Shown here piece by piece: positions 21,427 through 31,899 of a stretch of 64,000 nucleotides of DNA. The notes under the pieces are model-generated. The model ran no database searches. It was not told the origin of the DNA and was given only the letters and a program-made list of their open reading frames with translations. This DNA comes from Gammaproteobacteria bacterium. GTDB lineage: Bacteria; Pseudomonadota; Gammaproteobacteria; JBCCGL01. Numbering within the stretch: the first letter of the stretch is position 1; every line of letters starts with the position of its first letter. The stretch spans positions 800,001 to 864,000 of the forward strand of contig OZ255836.1 of the NCBI GenBank assembly GCA_965277715.1. The letters are read 5' to 3'. The position numbers and the translations under genes are program-made.

Positions 21427-22563
21427 ATGCAAGACAACAACACAGAGACACTGCTGGCTCACGCGGGTCATTATCTCGATACCAGCACTGGCGCAATTAT
21501 CCCGCCCATCTCATTAACCACAACCTATGCCCGCGATGAACACTATGCACTGCGCGATAGCGCACTGGGTTATCAGCGCAACAATGCCACCACGAATGTG
21601 CATGTCGAGTCGCTTTTGGCCCAACTGGAAGGGGGCACACAGGCACAGCTATTCAGCTCGGGGCTGGCCGCTGCAACGTCACTGTTTAGCTGCTTGAGTC
21701 CTGGCGATCATGTTGTTCTCCCTAAAGTGTGCTACTACGCCCTGCGCAACTGGGTGATTGAATTTACCGGGCGTTGGGGCTTATCGATTGGTTGGTACGA
21801 TGCACATAACATCGATAGCCTCGAACAGGCCGTATCAGCGGGGAAAACCCGGTTAGTGTGGGTGGAAACCCCCGCTAACCCGAGTTGGGATATTACGGAT
21901 ATAGCCGCAGCGGCAGATATTGCACACCGCGTGGGGGCATTGCTGGCCACTGATTCCACCGTCTCGACTCCGATCATTACCCGGCCTATTGAGCACGGGG
22001 CCGATTTTGTCGTGCATTCGGCCACGAAATATCTCAATGGCCACAGTGACGTATTGGCGGGTGCCGTGATTGCCAGGGCAGACAGCGACTACTGGCAGCA
22101 GATCAAATCGCATCGCACACATGCGGGTGCCGTCCTGGGGCCATTTGAAGCCTGGTTATTACAGCGTGGTATGCGCACCCTGCACCTGCGTGTGGCGCGT
22201 GCCAGCGAGAGTGCAATGGCGATTGCCCAAACACTGCAACAACACCCTGCGGTTGAGCGTGTCCACTACCCTGGGCTGGCCTCCCATCCAGGCCACACCA
22301 CGGCGCAGCGACAAATGGAAAACGGCTTTGGTGGCATGTTATCGGTATTACTGCGCGGGGGGGAAGCGGCTGCGCTACGCGTGGCGAAGGCCACCCGTTT
22401 ATTCTTACCCGCGACCTCATTGGGCGGTGTGGAAAGCCTTATTGAACATCGTGCCAGTGTCGAAGCGGAGGGAAGCCCGGTCGCAAAAAACCTGCTGCGC
22501 CTTTCGATTGGTGTAGAACATACCGGTGACCTGATTGATGATTTACAACAGGCATTGGATTGA
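21427..22563 (+). CDS. Cys/Met metabolism PLP enzyme (cystathionine gamma-synthase/lyase family)
   Basis: HSATKYLNGHSDV PLP lysine motif, SLGGVESLIEH. Confidence 0.88.
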   Translation: MQDNNTETLLAHAGHYLDTSTGAIIPPISLTTTYARDEHYALRDSALGYQRNNATTNVHVESLLAQLEGGTQAQLFSSGLAAATSLFSCLSPGDHVVLPKVCYYALRNWVIEFTGRWGLSIGWYDAHNIDSLEQAVSAGKTRLVWVETPANPSWDITDIAAAADIAHRVGALLATDSTVSTPIITRPIEHGADFVVHSATKYLNGHSDVLAGAVIARADSDYWQQIKSHRTHAGAVLGPFEAWLLQRGMRTLHLRVARASESAMAIAQTLQQHPAVERVHYPGLASHPGHTTAQRQMENGFGGMLSVLLRGGEAAALRVAKATRLFLPATSLGGVESLIEHRASVEAEGSPVAKNLLRLSIGVEHTGDLIDDLQQALD

Positions 22564-22819
22564 TCTATTACTGCTAGATCACCTTAACGAAACCCTTATA
22601 ACAGCATAAATAAACACAAAGATTGATAAATAGTGAGCTAATGCCTACGCTTCTTCTATGTAGGCAGCGTAGGGCGTTATGTAACGCACACAAAAATAAT
22701 GTCCACTTTAAAAGTGTTATTGAAATAATGCGCTATGTATTAATAATGCGCTCAGCCAATTCAGCTATAAGGTGAATCGATGCGCTTACAAATCCCGGAA
22801 TTTATTGCGTACACGTGCC

Positions 22820-24226
22820 TTATATATGCCTACGTTTCCTCTCAGGAAAAGTATGCTTAAGAATATCGTAATAACGCCGAATATTCTGCACATAATGAAC
22901 CGGCTCCCCCCCACGTGCATAACCACTTTTGACCTTCTTGTACCACTTGCGTTTACGCAGCAAAGGCAAACTCTTTTTAACGTTGACCCACTTATTTGGG
23001 TCTTTCTCAAGCATCACGGTAATCGTGCGCGCATCGACTAAATGCCCATAGCCCACGTTATAAGAGGCGAGTGCCATCCAAGTCCTGTCCGGCTCGACAA
23101 TACTCTTTGCAAGTCGTTTGCGTAACTGGGCTAAATACCTGGCGCCCCCCATAATACTCTGCCGGGGATCCAGCCGGTTATTGATACCCAATTGTGAAGC
23201 CGTACTTAACGTCAACATCATCAGTCCACGCACCCCGGTGGGTGACGTCGCCTCCCGGTTCCAATGCGACTCCTGGTGACTCATTGCCGCCAGCAGACGC
23301 CAATCGATTTTATAGCGCTGTCCCGCCTCGCGAAATAACGCCTCATATTTCGGCAGCCGCGATTTAATTCTGCGCATAAACAAATGCGTTCCCGAATAAT
23401 CAAAATTTGCGAAATGACCGTAGTAGCGCTCCAGTAACTCGGTAAGGAAACCATTCGTTTTAACTTGGTGCATATACGTTTGCACCTGCACAAACAAACT
23501 TAAATCATCTGATTGCTTCACCGCCCAGGCCAAACCCTTTTCACCGGGCAAACTGAACGCCGTGCGCAGCTCGGGGTAGTAGTGGCGCACCGCCTGCACC
23601 TCGTTTGAATTGACCAAGGCATAGGAAATCTGCTTGTCGAGCACTTTTTCCATCAGCTCCTCAAACCCCATATCCTGCTCGATCACCCATTCCAATTGCG
23701 GGTGAGAGAGTTGCAGTGTCGCCAATGTTTCCAGGTGGTTGGCGGTTGGCAAGGTACTGAGTGGTGCAGTTAAATCGTCAATAGTTTGTGGTCGTGGTTT
23801 GGTCTTTTGCCGGTCGATAATCTCCTCTTTAACGTTTTGATAGATGGGGGAATAACGCACCAGACCTTCGCTGGATACACTGATTGGCATACCGCTGGCG
23901 ACCAGGTCGACCCTATCCTGTAGCAATAGTTGATTGAGGTCATCGATTGAATCGGCGAGTACAATTTCCAATTCGACCCCCAGTCGACGGGCAAACTCGT
24001 GGGCGAGATCGTATTCCAACCCGGCGGGGCCATTGCTCGCCTGAAAATAAGTGGTCGGCCCATTGCGTGTGGCGACAATCAGGCTGCCGCGCTCCTTGAT
24101 CGTCACCAGATGTGGCTTTTCAACCGGTTGAAACTCACCCGCAAGCTGATACGCTACCGCAGCGATAGCCAATGGCAGTAGCACGCGGTAGTTTATGAGT
24201 AAGCGGAGGTATTGGGTGGGCTGCAT
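22820..24226 (-). CDS. mltF: Membrane-bound lytic murein transglycosylase F
   Basis: Substrate-binding-like N-domain plus SLT domain (QESHWN, GVRGLMMLT, SYNVG, GYARGGEP). Confidence 0.93.
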   Translation of the reverse strand: MQPTQYLRLLINYRVLLPLAIAAVAYQLAGEFQPVEKPHLVTIKERGSLIVATRNGPTTYFQASNGPAGLEYDLAHEFARRLGVELEIVLADSIDDLNQLLLQDRVDLVASGMPISVSSEGLVRYSPIYQNVKEEIIDRQKTKPRPQTIDDLTAPLSTLPTANHLETLATLQLSHPQLEWVIEQDMGFEELMEKVLDKQISYALVNSNEVQAVRHYYPELRTAFSLPGEKGLAWAVKQSDDLSLFVQVQTYMHQVKTNGFLTELLERYYGHFANFDYSGTHLFMRRIKSRLPKYEALFREAGQRYKIDWRLLAAMSHQESHWNREATSPTGVRGLMMLTLSTASQLGINNRLDPRQSIMGGARYLAQLRKRLAKSIVEPDRTWMALASYNVGYGHLVDARTITVMLEKDPNKWVNVKKSLPLLRKRKWYKKVKSGYARGGEPVHYVQNIRRYYDILKHTFPERKRRHI

Positions 24227-24394
24227 AGCATTTTGTTTGTTTTAGAACCAATAATTTAGCATGGGTCTGACAGTAATGGTAACTAATCCCTGTTATTGAC
24301 AGTTTTGCCGTTGTAATTGATCTGTACTTTTACTTGCAAGCAGGCACCTGATAGTTGAAAATCGCGCCCCTTGTCTCACCAACACCTGTTTAAT

Positions 24395-24506
24395 GGTAGC
24401 TCGCACCGGTTCTCCCGCGACAATAAACTGTAAACCCCGTCAGGCCCGGAAGGGAGCAGCGGCAGCAGTGGACTTGGGCGCCGGGATGTGGCTGGTGTGA
24501 GCTGCC
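24395..24506 (+). ncRNA. ffs: SRP RNA (4.5S)
   Basis: TCAGGCCCGGAAGGGAGCAGC domain IV motif inside a long hairpin; upstream of dnaX. Confidence 0.93.
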
Positions 24507-24611
24507 GCCCTAGCACACCACCAATATAAGGTAGGCAGTGTACTAGTTCTCGATATGGGGTAAACACGTTAGAATGGCGCATTATCCCAACCCCTTGGAA
24601 TCACACTGCCG

Positions 24612-26405
24612 ATGAGTTACCAGGTGCTGGCACGCAAATGGCGGCCACGTTTTTTTGCCGAGATGATAGGGCAGGATCACGTCGTGCGCGCCCTCACCAA
24701 TGCACTCGATCAGGATCGACTCCACCACGCCTATCTGTTCTCCGGGACGCGTGGCGTGGGTAAAACCACCGTGGCGCGTATCTTTGCCAAAAGCCTCAAT
24801 TGTGAAAAAGGCGTCAGCGCCTTGCCCTGTGGTGAATGCAGCGCCTGTGTCGAAGTGGATGAAGGGCGCTTTATCGACCTGATCGAAGTCGATGCCGCTT
24901 CACGCACAGGTGTCGATGATACCCGTGAATTGATGGAAAACGTCAGCTACGCGCCCACCCGTGGCCGCTACAAGGTGTACCTGATCGATGAGGTGCATAT
25001 GTTCAGCAAATCGAGTTTTAACGCCCTGTTAAAGACACTCGAAGAGCCACCGCCACACGTTAAGTTTTTACTGGCCACCACCGACCCACAAAAACTATTG
25101 CCCACCGTATTGTCGCGCTGTTTGCAGTTCAATCTGAAACGCGTCCCTGTCGATACCATCGCCACACAGATTGCACATATCCTCGCGGCTGAATCGCTAC
25201 ACGCTGAAACCAGCGCGGTAATGCGTATAGCGCGCGCTGCCGATGGCAGTGTGCGCGATGCATTGAGCCTGCTCGACCAGGCGATTGCCTTCTCGCCGGG
25301 TGAAATAGCGCTCGAACATGTCGATGCAATGCTCGGTGGTGTATCACACGAACGGGTTTACGCCTTGCTTGACGCCGTTTCAGCAGGGGATGCTGTGGCC
25401 GTTTTCAAGCAACTGGCCGCCCTCGACGACTATGCGCCAGACTACCATGCACTGCTCTCTGACCTACTGGCGCTATTGCACCAAATAGCGGTTATCCAGG
25501 CCGTGCCGGACATCGTGCGGGAAGCGATTGCAGACCCTGAACGCGCACGCCGGTTCGCGCACGCCCTGTCTGCGGAAGATGTGCAACTCTACTACCAGAT
25601 TGCACTGACAGGCAGGCGTGATATGCCGCATGTACCCGATGAACGCAATGCACTGGAAATGACTCTGCTGCGTATGATCGCGTTTCGCCCCGTAACGGTG
25701 GCGCCCCCTGGCGAGCTGCCTTCTGGCGCAGTGCCTTCTGGTAAAGGGGTATCGCATCAAGCGCCTGGCCTTCCGCATGTAGAAACCAGCAGCGCGATTG
25801 CAGAGACAAGTACAGTGGCACCTGCACCGGCATTGAAAGCGCCACCACCAATGCCTCCGCAGCCTCGTGAACAGGCACCCACGCCCGCACCACCGGCCCC
25901 AGCTCCAGTTCCCACTGCGGCTGTAATCGACAATGCACCGCCACCCTTGTTATCGGGTGCACCACCAGAACAATCTGAGGCACCGCTACAGGCAACGATT
26001 AAACGGTTTGAAAATTGGCAGGCGGAAGACTGGTCGGTTATCTGTACCCATTTGGGATTACAGGGTATGTATGCACAATTGGTTGCACACTGCGCACTCT
26101 CATCCGTTGAAGGTAACCAGATCAACCTGGTATTGACTGAGATACACCAACACCTCAACAATGAAAAAATGCTGGCGCGTGTCAGAGACGCCCTGTCTAA
26201 ACTTATCGGCAAACCGGTGGTACTAAATGTAACCATCGGGTCGCCCGCCAGTGAAACTCCGGCACAGCAGCTTGAACGCAAGGCCTCTGAGTTCAAAATG
26301 CAGACACAGCAAGCCATCACCAATGACCCGGTGGTGCAGGATATACAACGGCGTTTTGATGCATCCATAGCGGTTGACAGCATTGAGCCTAAATTAAGCA
26401 GTTGA
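24612..26405 (+). CDS. dnaX: DNA polymerase III gamma/tau
   Basis: MSYQVLARKWRP, GTRGVGKT, DEVHM, Pro-rich linker. Confidence 0.97.
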   Translation: MSYQVLARKWRPRFFAEMIGQDHVVRALTNALDQDRLHHAYLFSGTRGVGKTTVARIFAKSLNCEKGVSALPCGECSACVEVDEGRFIDLIEVDAASRTGVDDTRELMENVSYAPTRGRYKVYLIDEVHMFSKSSFNALLKTLEEPPPHVKFLLATTDPQKLLPTVLSRCLQFNLKRVPVDTIATQIAHILAAESLHAETSAVMRIARAADGSVRDALSLLDQAIAFSPGEIALEHVDAMLGGVSHERVYALLDAVSAGDAVAVFKQLAALDDYAPDYHALLSDLLALLHQIAVIQAVPDIVREAIADPERARRFAHALSAEDVQLYYQIALTGRRDMPHVPDERNALEMTLLRMIAFRPVTVAPPGELPSGAVPSGKGVSHQAPGLPHVETSSAIAETSTVAPAPALKAPPPMPPQPREQAPTPAPPAPAPVPTAAVIDNAPPPLLSGAPPEQSEAPLQATIKRFENWQAEDWSVICTHLGLQGMYAQLVAHCALSSVEGNQINLVLTEIHQHLNNEKMLARVRDALSKLIGKPVVLNVTIGSPASETPAQQLERKASEFKMQTQQAITNDPVVQDIQRRFDASIAVDSIEPKLSS

Positions 26406-26535
26406 ATAGACGGCGAATGCTCAATGCACAGAATATTAAAGCACGAAATATTCCCGCTATGGTTCAACGGATTAATTCAGCTTGAACCAGTAGTACGTTG
26501 ATGACAGTTTTATTTCACATAATCGAGGCTTACAG

Positions 26536-26859
26536 ATGAAAGATGGTTTGGGTAACCTGATGAAGCAAGCGCAAAAAATGCAGGCCGATATGCAAAAAGC
26601 GCAAGAGGAAATCGCTTCAATGGAAGTCGAAGGACAGTCCGGCGGTGGCCTGGTAAAAGTAACCATGACCGGCCAGCACGAGCTGCGGCGTGTCGTTATC
26701 GACGACAGCCTGATGGGTGATGACAAAGAAATGCTCGAAGACCTGGTCGCCGCTGCGGTAAACGATGCCAGCCAGCGCGTGGATACCAACAGCAAAGAAA
26801 AAATGTCGGGCATGGCGGCGGGCTTATCCCTGCCGCCGGGTCTGAAAATGCCGTTCTGA
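26536..26859 (+). CDS. ybaB: YbaB/EbfC nucleoid-associated protein
   Basis: [19 protein letters not shown]; lies between dnaX and recR. Confidence 0.95.
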   Translation: MKDGLGNLMKQAQKMQADMQKAQEEIASMEVEGQSGGGLVKVTMTGQHELRRVVIDDSLMGDDKEMLEDLVAAAVNDASQRVDTNSKEKMSGMAAGLSLPPGLKMPF

Positions 26860-26869
26860 GCGCACCGCT

Positions 26870-27463
26870 ATGGCCCACACGCTGCTCGATGAACTGATCG
26901 AGTCATTTTGCTGTCTGCCTGGGGTTGGCCCCAAGTCGGCGCAACGCATGGCGTTCCATTTATTGGAGCGCGACCGCAGGGGAGGGGATCGGCTGGCAAC
27001 AGTGCTCGACCGCGCCATGCGCGATATTGGCCACTGCACCCGCTGCCGCACCTTTACCGAGCAGCCGCTGTGTGATATTTGCAACAACCCTGGGCGCGAT
27101 GCCGCGCAATTGTGCATCATTGAATCACCGGCCGACGTGGCCGCCATCGAGCGATCTACCACGTACCGGGGGCATTACTTCGTATTGATGGGGCACCTCT
27201 CACCACTGGACGGTATTGGCCCGGTGGAAATTGGCATCGATTTACTCTTGGCGCGGTTTACCGATGGCGATGTGCGTGAAGTGATTCTGGCAACCAACGC
27301 GACAGTAGAGGGCGAGGCCACCGCGCATTACCTCGGTGATCTGGCCAAACAACACGCGCTGCGGGTAATGCGCATTGCGCATGGCGTTCCCTTGGGCGGT
27401 GAGTTGGAGTTTGTCGATAAAAGCACACTGTCACACGCCTTTGCCGGGCGCGTAGAAGTATAA
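26870..27463 (+). CDS. recR: Recombination mediator RecR
   Basis: [12 protein letters not shown]4 zinc finger, Toprim EGEATA. Confidence 0.97.
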   Translation: MAHTLLDELIESFCCLPGVGPKSAQRMAFHLLERDRRGGDRLATVLDRAMRDIGHCTRCRTFTEQPLCDICNNPGRDAAQLCIIESPADVAAIERSTTYRGHYFVLMGHLSPLDGIGPVEIGIDLLLARFTDGDVREVILATNATVEGEATAHYLGDLAKQHALRVMRIAHGVPLGGELEFVDKSTLSHAFAGRVEV

Positions 27464-27616
27464 GCGGTGTCATTCAATACGACACAAGACTGCGCCGTTC
27501 GGATGGCAACAACGTATAATAGCGATCAACCCGGTATCTGACTCAGCACCCACGCCTTTCTGCACGGTGCTTATTGAACCTGACAACCCGCTGAATCAAC
27601 AGGCTTTACTCACTCA

Positions 27617-28741
27617 ATGACAAAAAAATTCTTCTGCGTGGCTGATGCACGCGCCGCCGCCAAACGGCGTATGCCAAAAATAATGTTTGATTACGTCGAT
27701 GGCGCAGCCGGGAATGAGTACACCTACCAGCAAAACAGCGAAGTACTCGACAAGGTGCGTATGCAACCACGTGTGCTGGTCAATATTGAAAACCGCACAC
27801 TGGGCAAACACTTTCTCGGTCGCCAGTGGGACCTGCCATTTGGCATTGCCCCGACAGGTATGTGCAACCTCACCTGGCCGGGGGCCGATAAAATGCTGGC
27901 CGCCGCCGCAGTGAAATACAACATGCCCATCGGTTTGGCGACAATGGCCTCCAGCACCATTGAAGACACCTACACACGCGCTGGCGATCACGCCTGGTTT
28001 CAGCTCTATGTGGGCCAGTCAGAGGAAATTGCCTTCGATATGGTCGACCGCGCCGAAAACGCGGGCTACGACACCTTAATCCTCACCGTCGATGTGCCCA
28101 TGGTGGCCTCGCGCCCGCGTGAGCAGCGCAACGGCTTTCAGGCGCCGTTAAAAATTGGGCCTAAACAGTTCTTTGACTTTGCCACCCACCCACAGTGGTC
28201 GATACGTACCCTCCTGGCCGGGGTGCCGGCAGTTGCCAACAACGTTGGCGGCAATACCGGGAAAAAATTTGTGCGCAACGAAAGCCGGGGCAAAGCCGAC
28301 TGGGTTTTTCTCGACCGTTTGCGCCAGCGCTGGAAAGGGAAGCTGGTGGTAAAAGGCGTGTTATCCAGCGTGGATGCCGTGCGCATTCGCGATGCGGGGG
28401 TGGATGCGGTGTATGTCTCCAACCACGGTGGCCGACAGCTCGACAGCGCACCCGCTACAATTCAAATGCTGCCCGCCATTCGCGAGGCCGTGGGTGGCGA
28501 CTACCCCATTATTTTCGACAGTGGCGTGCGCAACGGTGAATCGGTGGTTAAGGCGCTGGCACTCGGTGCTGACTTTGTGATGATGGGCCGCCCCTTTTTA
28601 TATGCAATGGGCGGCGGCGGCAGTGAGGGCCTGGCGTCGATTGTCGATTTGTTAATCCAGCAGATTGATACGACCCTGGCACAATTGGGGCGCACCGATA
28701 TTAACGATATTGACCGCAGTGTGATTGTTGGATCGGTATAG
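27617..28741 (+). CDS. FMN-dependent alpha-hydroxy acid dehydrogenase (L-lactate/mandelate family)
   Basis: SNHGGRQLD, WFQLY, LTVD, DSGVR. Confidence 0.9.
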   Translation: MTKKFFCVADARAAAKRRMPKIMFDYVDGAAGNEYTYQQNSEVLDKVRMQPRVLVNIENRTLGKHFLGRQWDLPFGIAPTGMCNLTWPGADKMLAAAAVKYNMPIGLATMASSTIEDTYTRAGDHAWFQLYVGQSEEIAFDMVDRAENAGYDTLILTVDVPMVASRPREQRNGFQAPLKIGPKQFFDFATHPQWSIRTLLAGVPAVANNVGGNTGKKFVRNESRGKADWVFLDRLRQRWKGKLVVKGVLSSVDAVRIRDAGVDAVYVSNHGGRQLDSAPATIQMLPAIREAVGGDYPIIFDSGVRNGESVVKALALGADFVMMGRPFLYAMGGGGSEGLASIVDLLIQQIDTTLAQLGRTDINDIDRSVIVGSV

Positions 28742-28761
28742 CTGCATATCACCCACTGCGC

Positions 28762-29619
28762 CTATTCCGGCATTTCCCCAAACACCGGCAAACCGTCGGT
28801 GATAGCGTGCCACTTCGCCTTATAGTCAACATAAATATGGTCGATGGGCCTGGCCTCGGGGTCATCGTCCAAACTGCCAAACGGTATCACCGCAATCTGC
28901 CTGTCAGGGTCGAGGCGCGGCATCTTCGACCCGCAGGTTTTGCAAAACACCTGTGAGAAATACTGGGCATCCGGCACCTTGTAGCAGGCCAGATTATCCT
29001 CCCCCGCGACAAATTTAACATCCCCCATCGAAGTAAACCCGTTCGTCGCGTGCGCCGCCGCCCGGGCTTTTCGGCATCGCTGGCAATGGCAATTGTGCAC
29101 CGCTTTAAACGGCGCACTGATATGGTACTTCACCGTTCCACACATACAACTGCCGCGCACAATACCCTCTGGCCTGGGTGCGAGCGGCGCTTCCTCCACG
29201 CGCTGAAACCCGGTGTAGTCCGGGTAGTCATCGTGCTGGGGCAAATCGCCAGTAATGTCATACCAGGGAGCGCTATGGGCGGCGAAGACATGGCAATCCG
29301 ACGGCTTGCCGTCATTGTGGCCGCCGCCGGGCACCAACATTTTTTTGCTCTGCTCGCTGGGGTAGGGCACCACTGAGCCGCAGCTTCCGCAGAAATTTCG
29401 GGCGAGCAAAGGCGATGAGCGATAACGCACAATAGTGTCAGTCTCACTCAGCCAGTGAAAGTGCTCGCGCTCGACAAACCAATACGTGCCAAATGCCGAA
29501 CCATGGGCCTTGCGGCATAGCTTGCAGTGGCAATTAAAGGCATAAAACGGCTCTGCGGTGATTTCCCAACGCACACTACCGCATAGACAGCTCGATTGAT
29601 TTTTCATTGACATGACCAA
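28762..29619 (-). CDS. Tandem GFA/CENP-V domain protein
   Basis: Two copies of CxCG...CHCxxCRK...FCxxCGS. Confidence 0.85.
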   Translation of the reverse strand: MVMSMKNQSSCLCGSVRWEITAEPFYAFNCHCKLCRKAHGSAFGTYWFVEREHFHWLSETDTIVRYRSSPLLARNFCGSCGSVVPYPSEQSKKMLVPGGGHNDGKPSDCHVFAAHSAPWYDITGDLPQHDDYPDYTGFQRVEEAPLAPRPEGIVRGSCMCGTVKYHISAPFKAVHNCHCQRCRKARAAAHATNGFTSMGDVKFVAGEDNLACYKVPDAQYFSQVFCKTCGSKMPRLDPDRQIAVIPFGSLDDDPEARPIDHIYVDYKAKWHAITDGLPVFGEMPE

Positions 29620-29810
29620 TAGGGGAGGTGGCTTTATTCTAGCCCGAATATTTCGTAAAAATCACCTGTTTTGATTAATGCCCGATACCACAATCAACAC
29701 CCTCTTTAGGCATTTCCCGGTGAAACCCACTGCGCTGAAAAGCGAATAACACCTTGTCAGGATTAATAGATAACGGATAATACGCCGGGTTTTTTACGCG
29801 CAGGCTTTCA

Positions 29811-31511
29811 ATGAAAATACGCGGTGGCATATTGCTCGCACGCGCCTTGCAGGAAAAGGGCGTCACTCAGGTCTTCACCCTCAGCGGTGGCTTCTGCAAC
29901 CCAGCGTTGGAAGGCCTGATGCAATGCGGCATAGCGGTTATCAACGCGCCGCACGAACAGGTCGCCGGGCACCTGGCCGACGGCCATACGCGCATTACCC
30001 GCAAACCCGCCGTTTGCCTGGTCGGCCCGGAAGGGTTTGCCAATGCCGTCCCGGCCATGATGGAAGCCTGGGGTGAGCGCTCCCCGGTTATCTTTATTAC
30101 CGGGTCGAGCAGCTTAAAACGCCAGGGCAGTGGTGGTTTCAAAGAGATCGATGACGTGGCCATCGCCGCACCCCTAAGCAAATACAGCGCCTCGATAACC
30201 GATGGCGAACGCATCTCTGAATTTGTCGACCGCGCCTGGAAAATCGCCCTGAGCGGCTATCCGGGCGCGGTGCATTTAAGCGTGCCGGTAGACATTATGT
30301 TCAGCGCCTTTGAAGAGGACGCAATGCGCGACGAACGCCCGTTTCAACGCGGCGCAAAACCACCGCCACGCGCCTGGCCATGCCCGGATGACCTCAACCC
30401 CATCCTCGCATTGATCGACAAGGCCGAAAAACCCATACTTATCGGCGGTCACGGTGTCTGGTGGTCGCACGCCGAGGCAAAGCTTGAAGCGACTGGCCGG
30501 GCGCTTGGCATCCCGGTGTTTAACGTTCCCTACCACCAAAAACTCCTTGGCGAAGAGTGCGAGGCGTATATGGGCCTGGCGGATATACACCAATACGCCC
30601 CGTCCAAATTTGCACTACAGGCATCGGATGTGGTCATCATGCTCGGCACCCGGCTGGATAACCAAATGAATTTTGGCAACCCGCCGTTCCTCCCTGAATC
30701 GACCCAGGTTATCTGTGTGAATGGCTCGCACGAAGAGCTGGCGTTTAACCGGGCGGCAGACCACGTTTTATTGAGCGACCCCGGCGCCTTTTTGGATGCC
30801 CTGAAAACCATCCAGCCCCGCAATCGTCAGTGGTTTGAAAGCAACCGCCAGAAACGCGGCGAGTGGGTGGCGCAAACCCTGGCAGATATCCCCCACCTGG
30901 ATAACGACGGTATTCACCCACTGCACCTCGCGCTCGATGTGCAAACTGCTATGGCGGATAACGATTGGCTGGTGATCGACGGCGGCAACACCCATTTCTG
31001 GTCAGAGATCGCGGTCAATATCGCCGGTTGGCAGGGGCGTAAACTGGGCAACATTTTGCATCCGGGCACCTTTAGCATGTTGGGCGTTGGTGTGCCATTT
31101 GCCACAGCGGCAAAACTGAATAACCCCGGCAGCCACGTCGTGGTGATCAGCGGTGATGGCGCCTTTCTCTCGGGGGGTTCCAGTATTGAAGCCGCGTTTC
31201 AGGAGAAGCTCCCCATCGTCGTTGTTATCGACAACAACGGTGGCCTCGATTGTATCTCCCAACAGCAGGAGCGCCTGTTTAGCAATAGCCAGCACTTCGC
31301 CACCGATTTTCGTGATATTCCGTTTCACGCCATGTTTGAGGGGCTGGGGGGCTATGGTGAATTAGTCGAGAGACGCGAACAGATTATCCCGGCGGTACAG
31401 CGCGCCATTGCCAGCGGTAAAACTGCCTGCGTCAATGTGAAAACCGTCGGCCATATCAGCCCGATTGTGTTGGCCACCACCAGTAAACGGGATAAGGCGT
31501 CTATCGAATAA
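29811..31511 (+). CDS. Thiamine pyrophosphate-dependent enzyme (acetolactate synthase/lyase superfamily)
   Basis: HEQ catalytic Glu, GDGA...NN TPP motif. Confidence 0.88.
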   Translation: MKIRGGILLARALQEKGVTQVFTLSGGFCNPALEGLMQCGIAVINAPHEQVAGHLADGHTRITRKPAVCLVGPEGFANAVPAMMEAWGERSPVIFITGSSSLKRQGSGGFKEIDDVAIAAPLSKYSASITDGERISEFVDRAWKIALSGYPGAVHLSVPVDIMFSAFEEDAMRDERPFQRGAKPPPRAWPCPDDLNPILALIDKAEKPILIGGHGVWWSHAEAKLEATGRALGIPVFNVPYHQKLLGEECEAYMGLADIHQYAPSKFALQASDVVIMLGTRLDNQMNFGNPPFLPESTQVICVNGSHEELAFNRAADHVLLSDPGAFLDALKTIQPRNRQWFESNRQKRGEWVAQTLADIPHLDNDGIHPLHLALDVQTAMADNDWLVIDGGNTHFWSEIAVNIAGWQGRKLGNILHPGTFSMLGVGVPFATAAKLNNPGSHVVVISGDGAFLSGGSSIEAAFQEKLPIVVVIDNNGGLDCISQQQERLFSNSQHFATDFRDIPFHAMFEGLGGYGELVERREQIIPAVQRAIASGKTACVNVKTVGHISPIVLATTSKRDKASIE

Positions 31512-31513
31512 CC

Positions 31514-31870
31514 ATGGCTACAGTTTCCTCACATATCCTCGATTCCATTATCGGTGCATCGGCAGCGGGCATTCGCGTCCAGCTTGTGCGCATCATCAGC
31601 GCCACTGAAAGGCAGCTATTATTTGATACCAACGCCGATCAGGAGGGGCGCATTGCCGAAACGGTTGTGATTGACCCAGCACTGGCCGATTCGGAATACG
31701 AACTCATCTTTCACAGTGCCGGTTATTTCGCTGGCCGGGCTATCCCCGCAGGTGAGCAGCAGATTATCAAAACCGTTGTGATCCGCTTTTCAATGCCAGA
31801 TGCCGGGCAGCGCTACCACATCCCACTAATGCTATCACCGCACGCGTATTCGGTGTGGTGGTCATCGTAA
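31514..31870 (+). CDS. Transthyretin-like / 5-hydroxyisourate hydrolase-like protein with atypical C-terminus
   Basis: SSHILD, EGRI, YHIPLMLSP; ends YSVWWSS. Confidence 0.75.
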   Translation: MATVSSHILDSIIGASAAGIRVQLVRIISATERQLLFDTNADQEGRIAETVVIDPALADSEYELIFHSAGYFAGRAIPAGEQQIIKTVVIRFSMPDAGQRYHIPLMLSPHAYSVWWSS

Positions 31871-31899
31871 CAGCGGATCGAGCAAGCGTGTTACGCACC

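Noticed and set aside
22643-22757. REP-like GTAG palindromes between the PLP enzyme gene and mltF
   Set aside because: Degenerate and single-copy in the window; may simply be a terminator between convergent genes.
25680-26000. dnaX programmed frameshift site
   Set aside because: No A-AAA-AAG or poly-A slippery run seen in the linker region.
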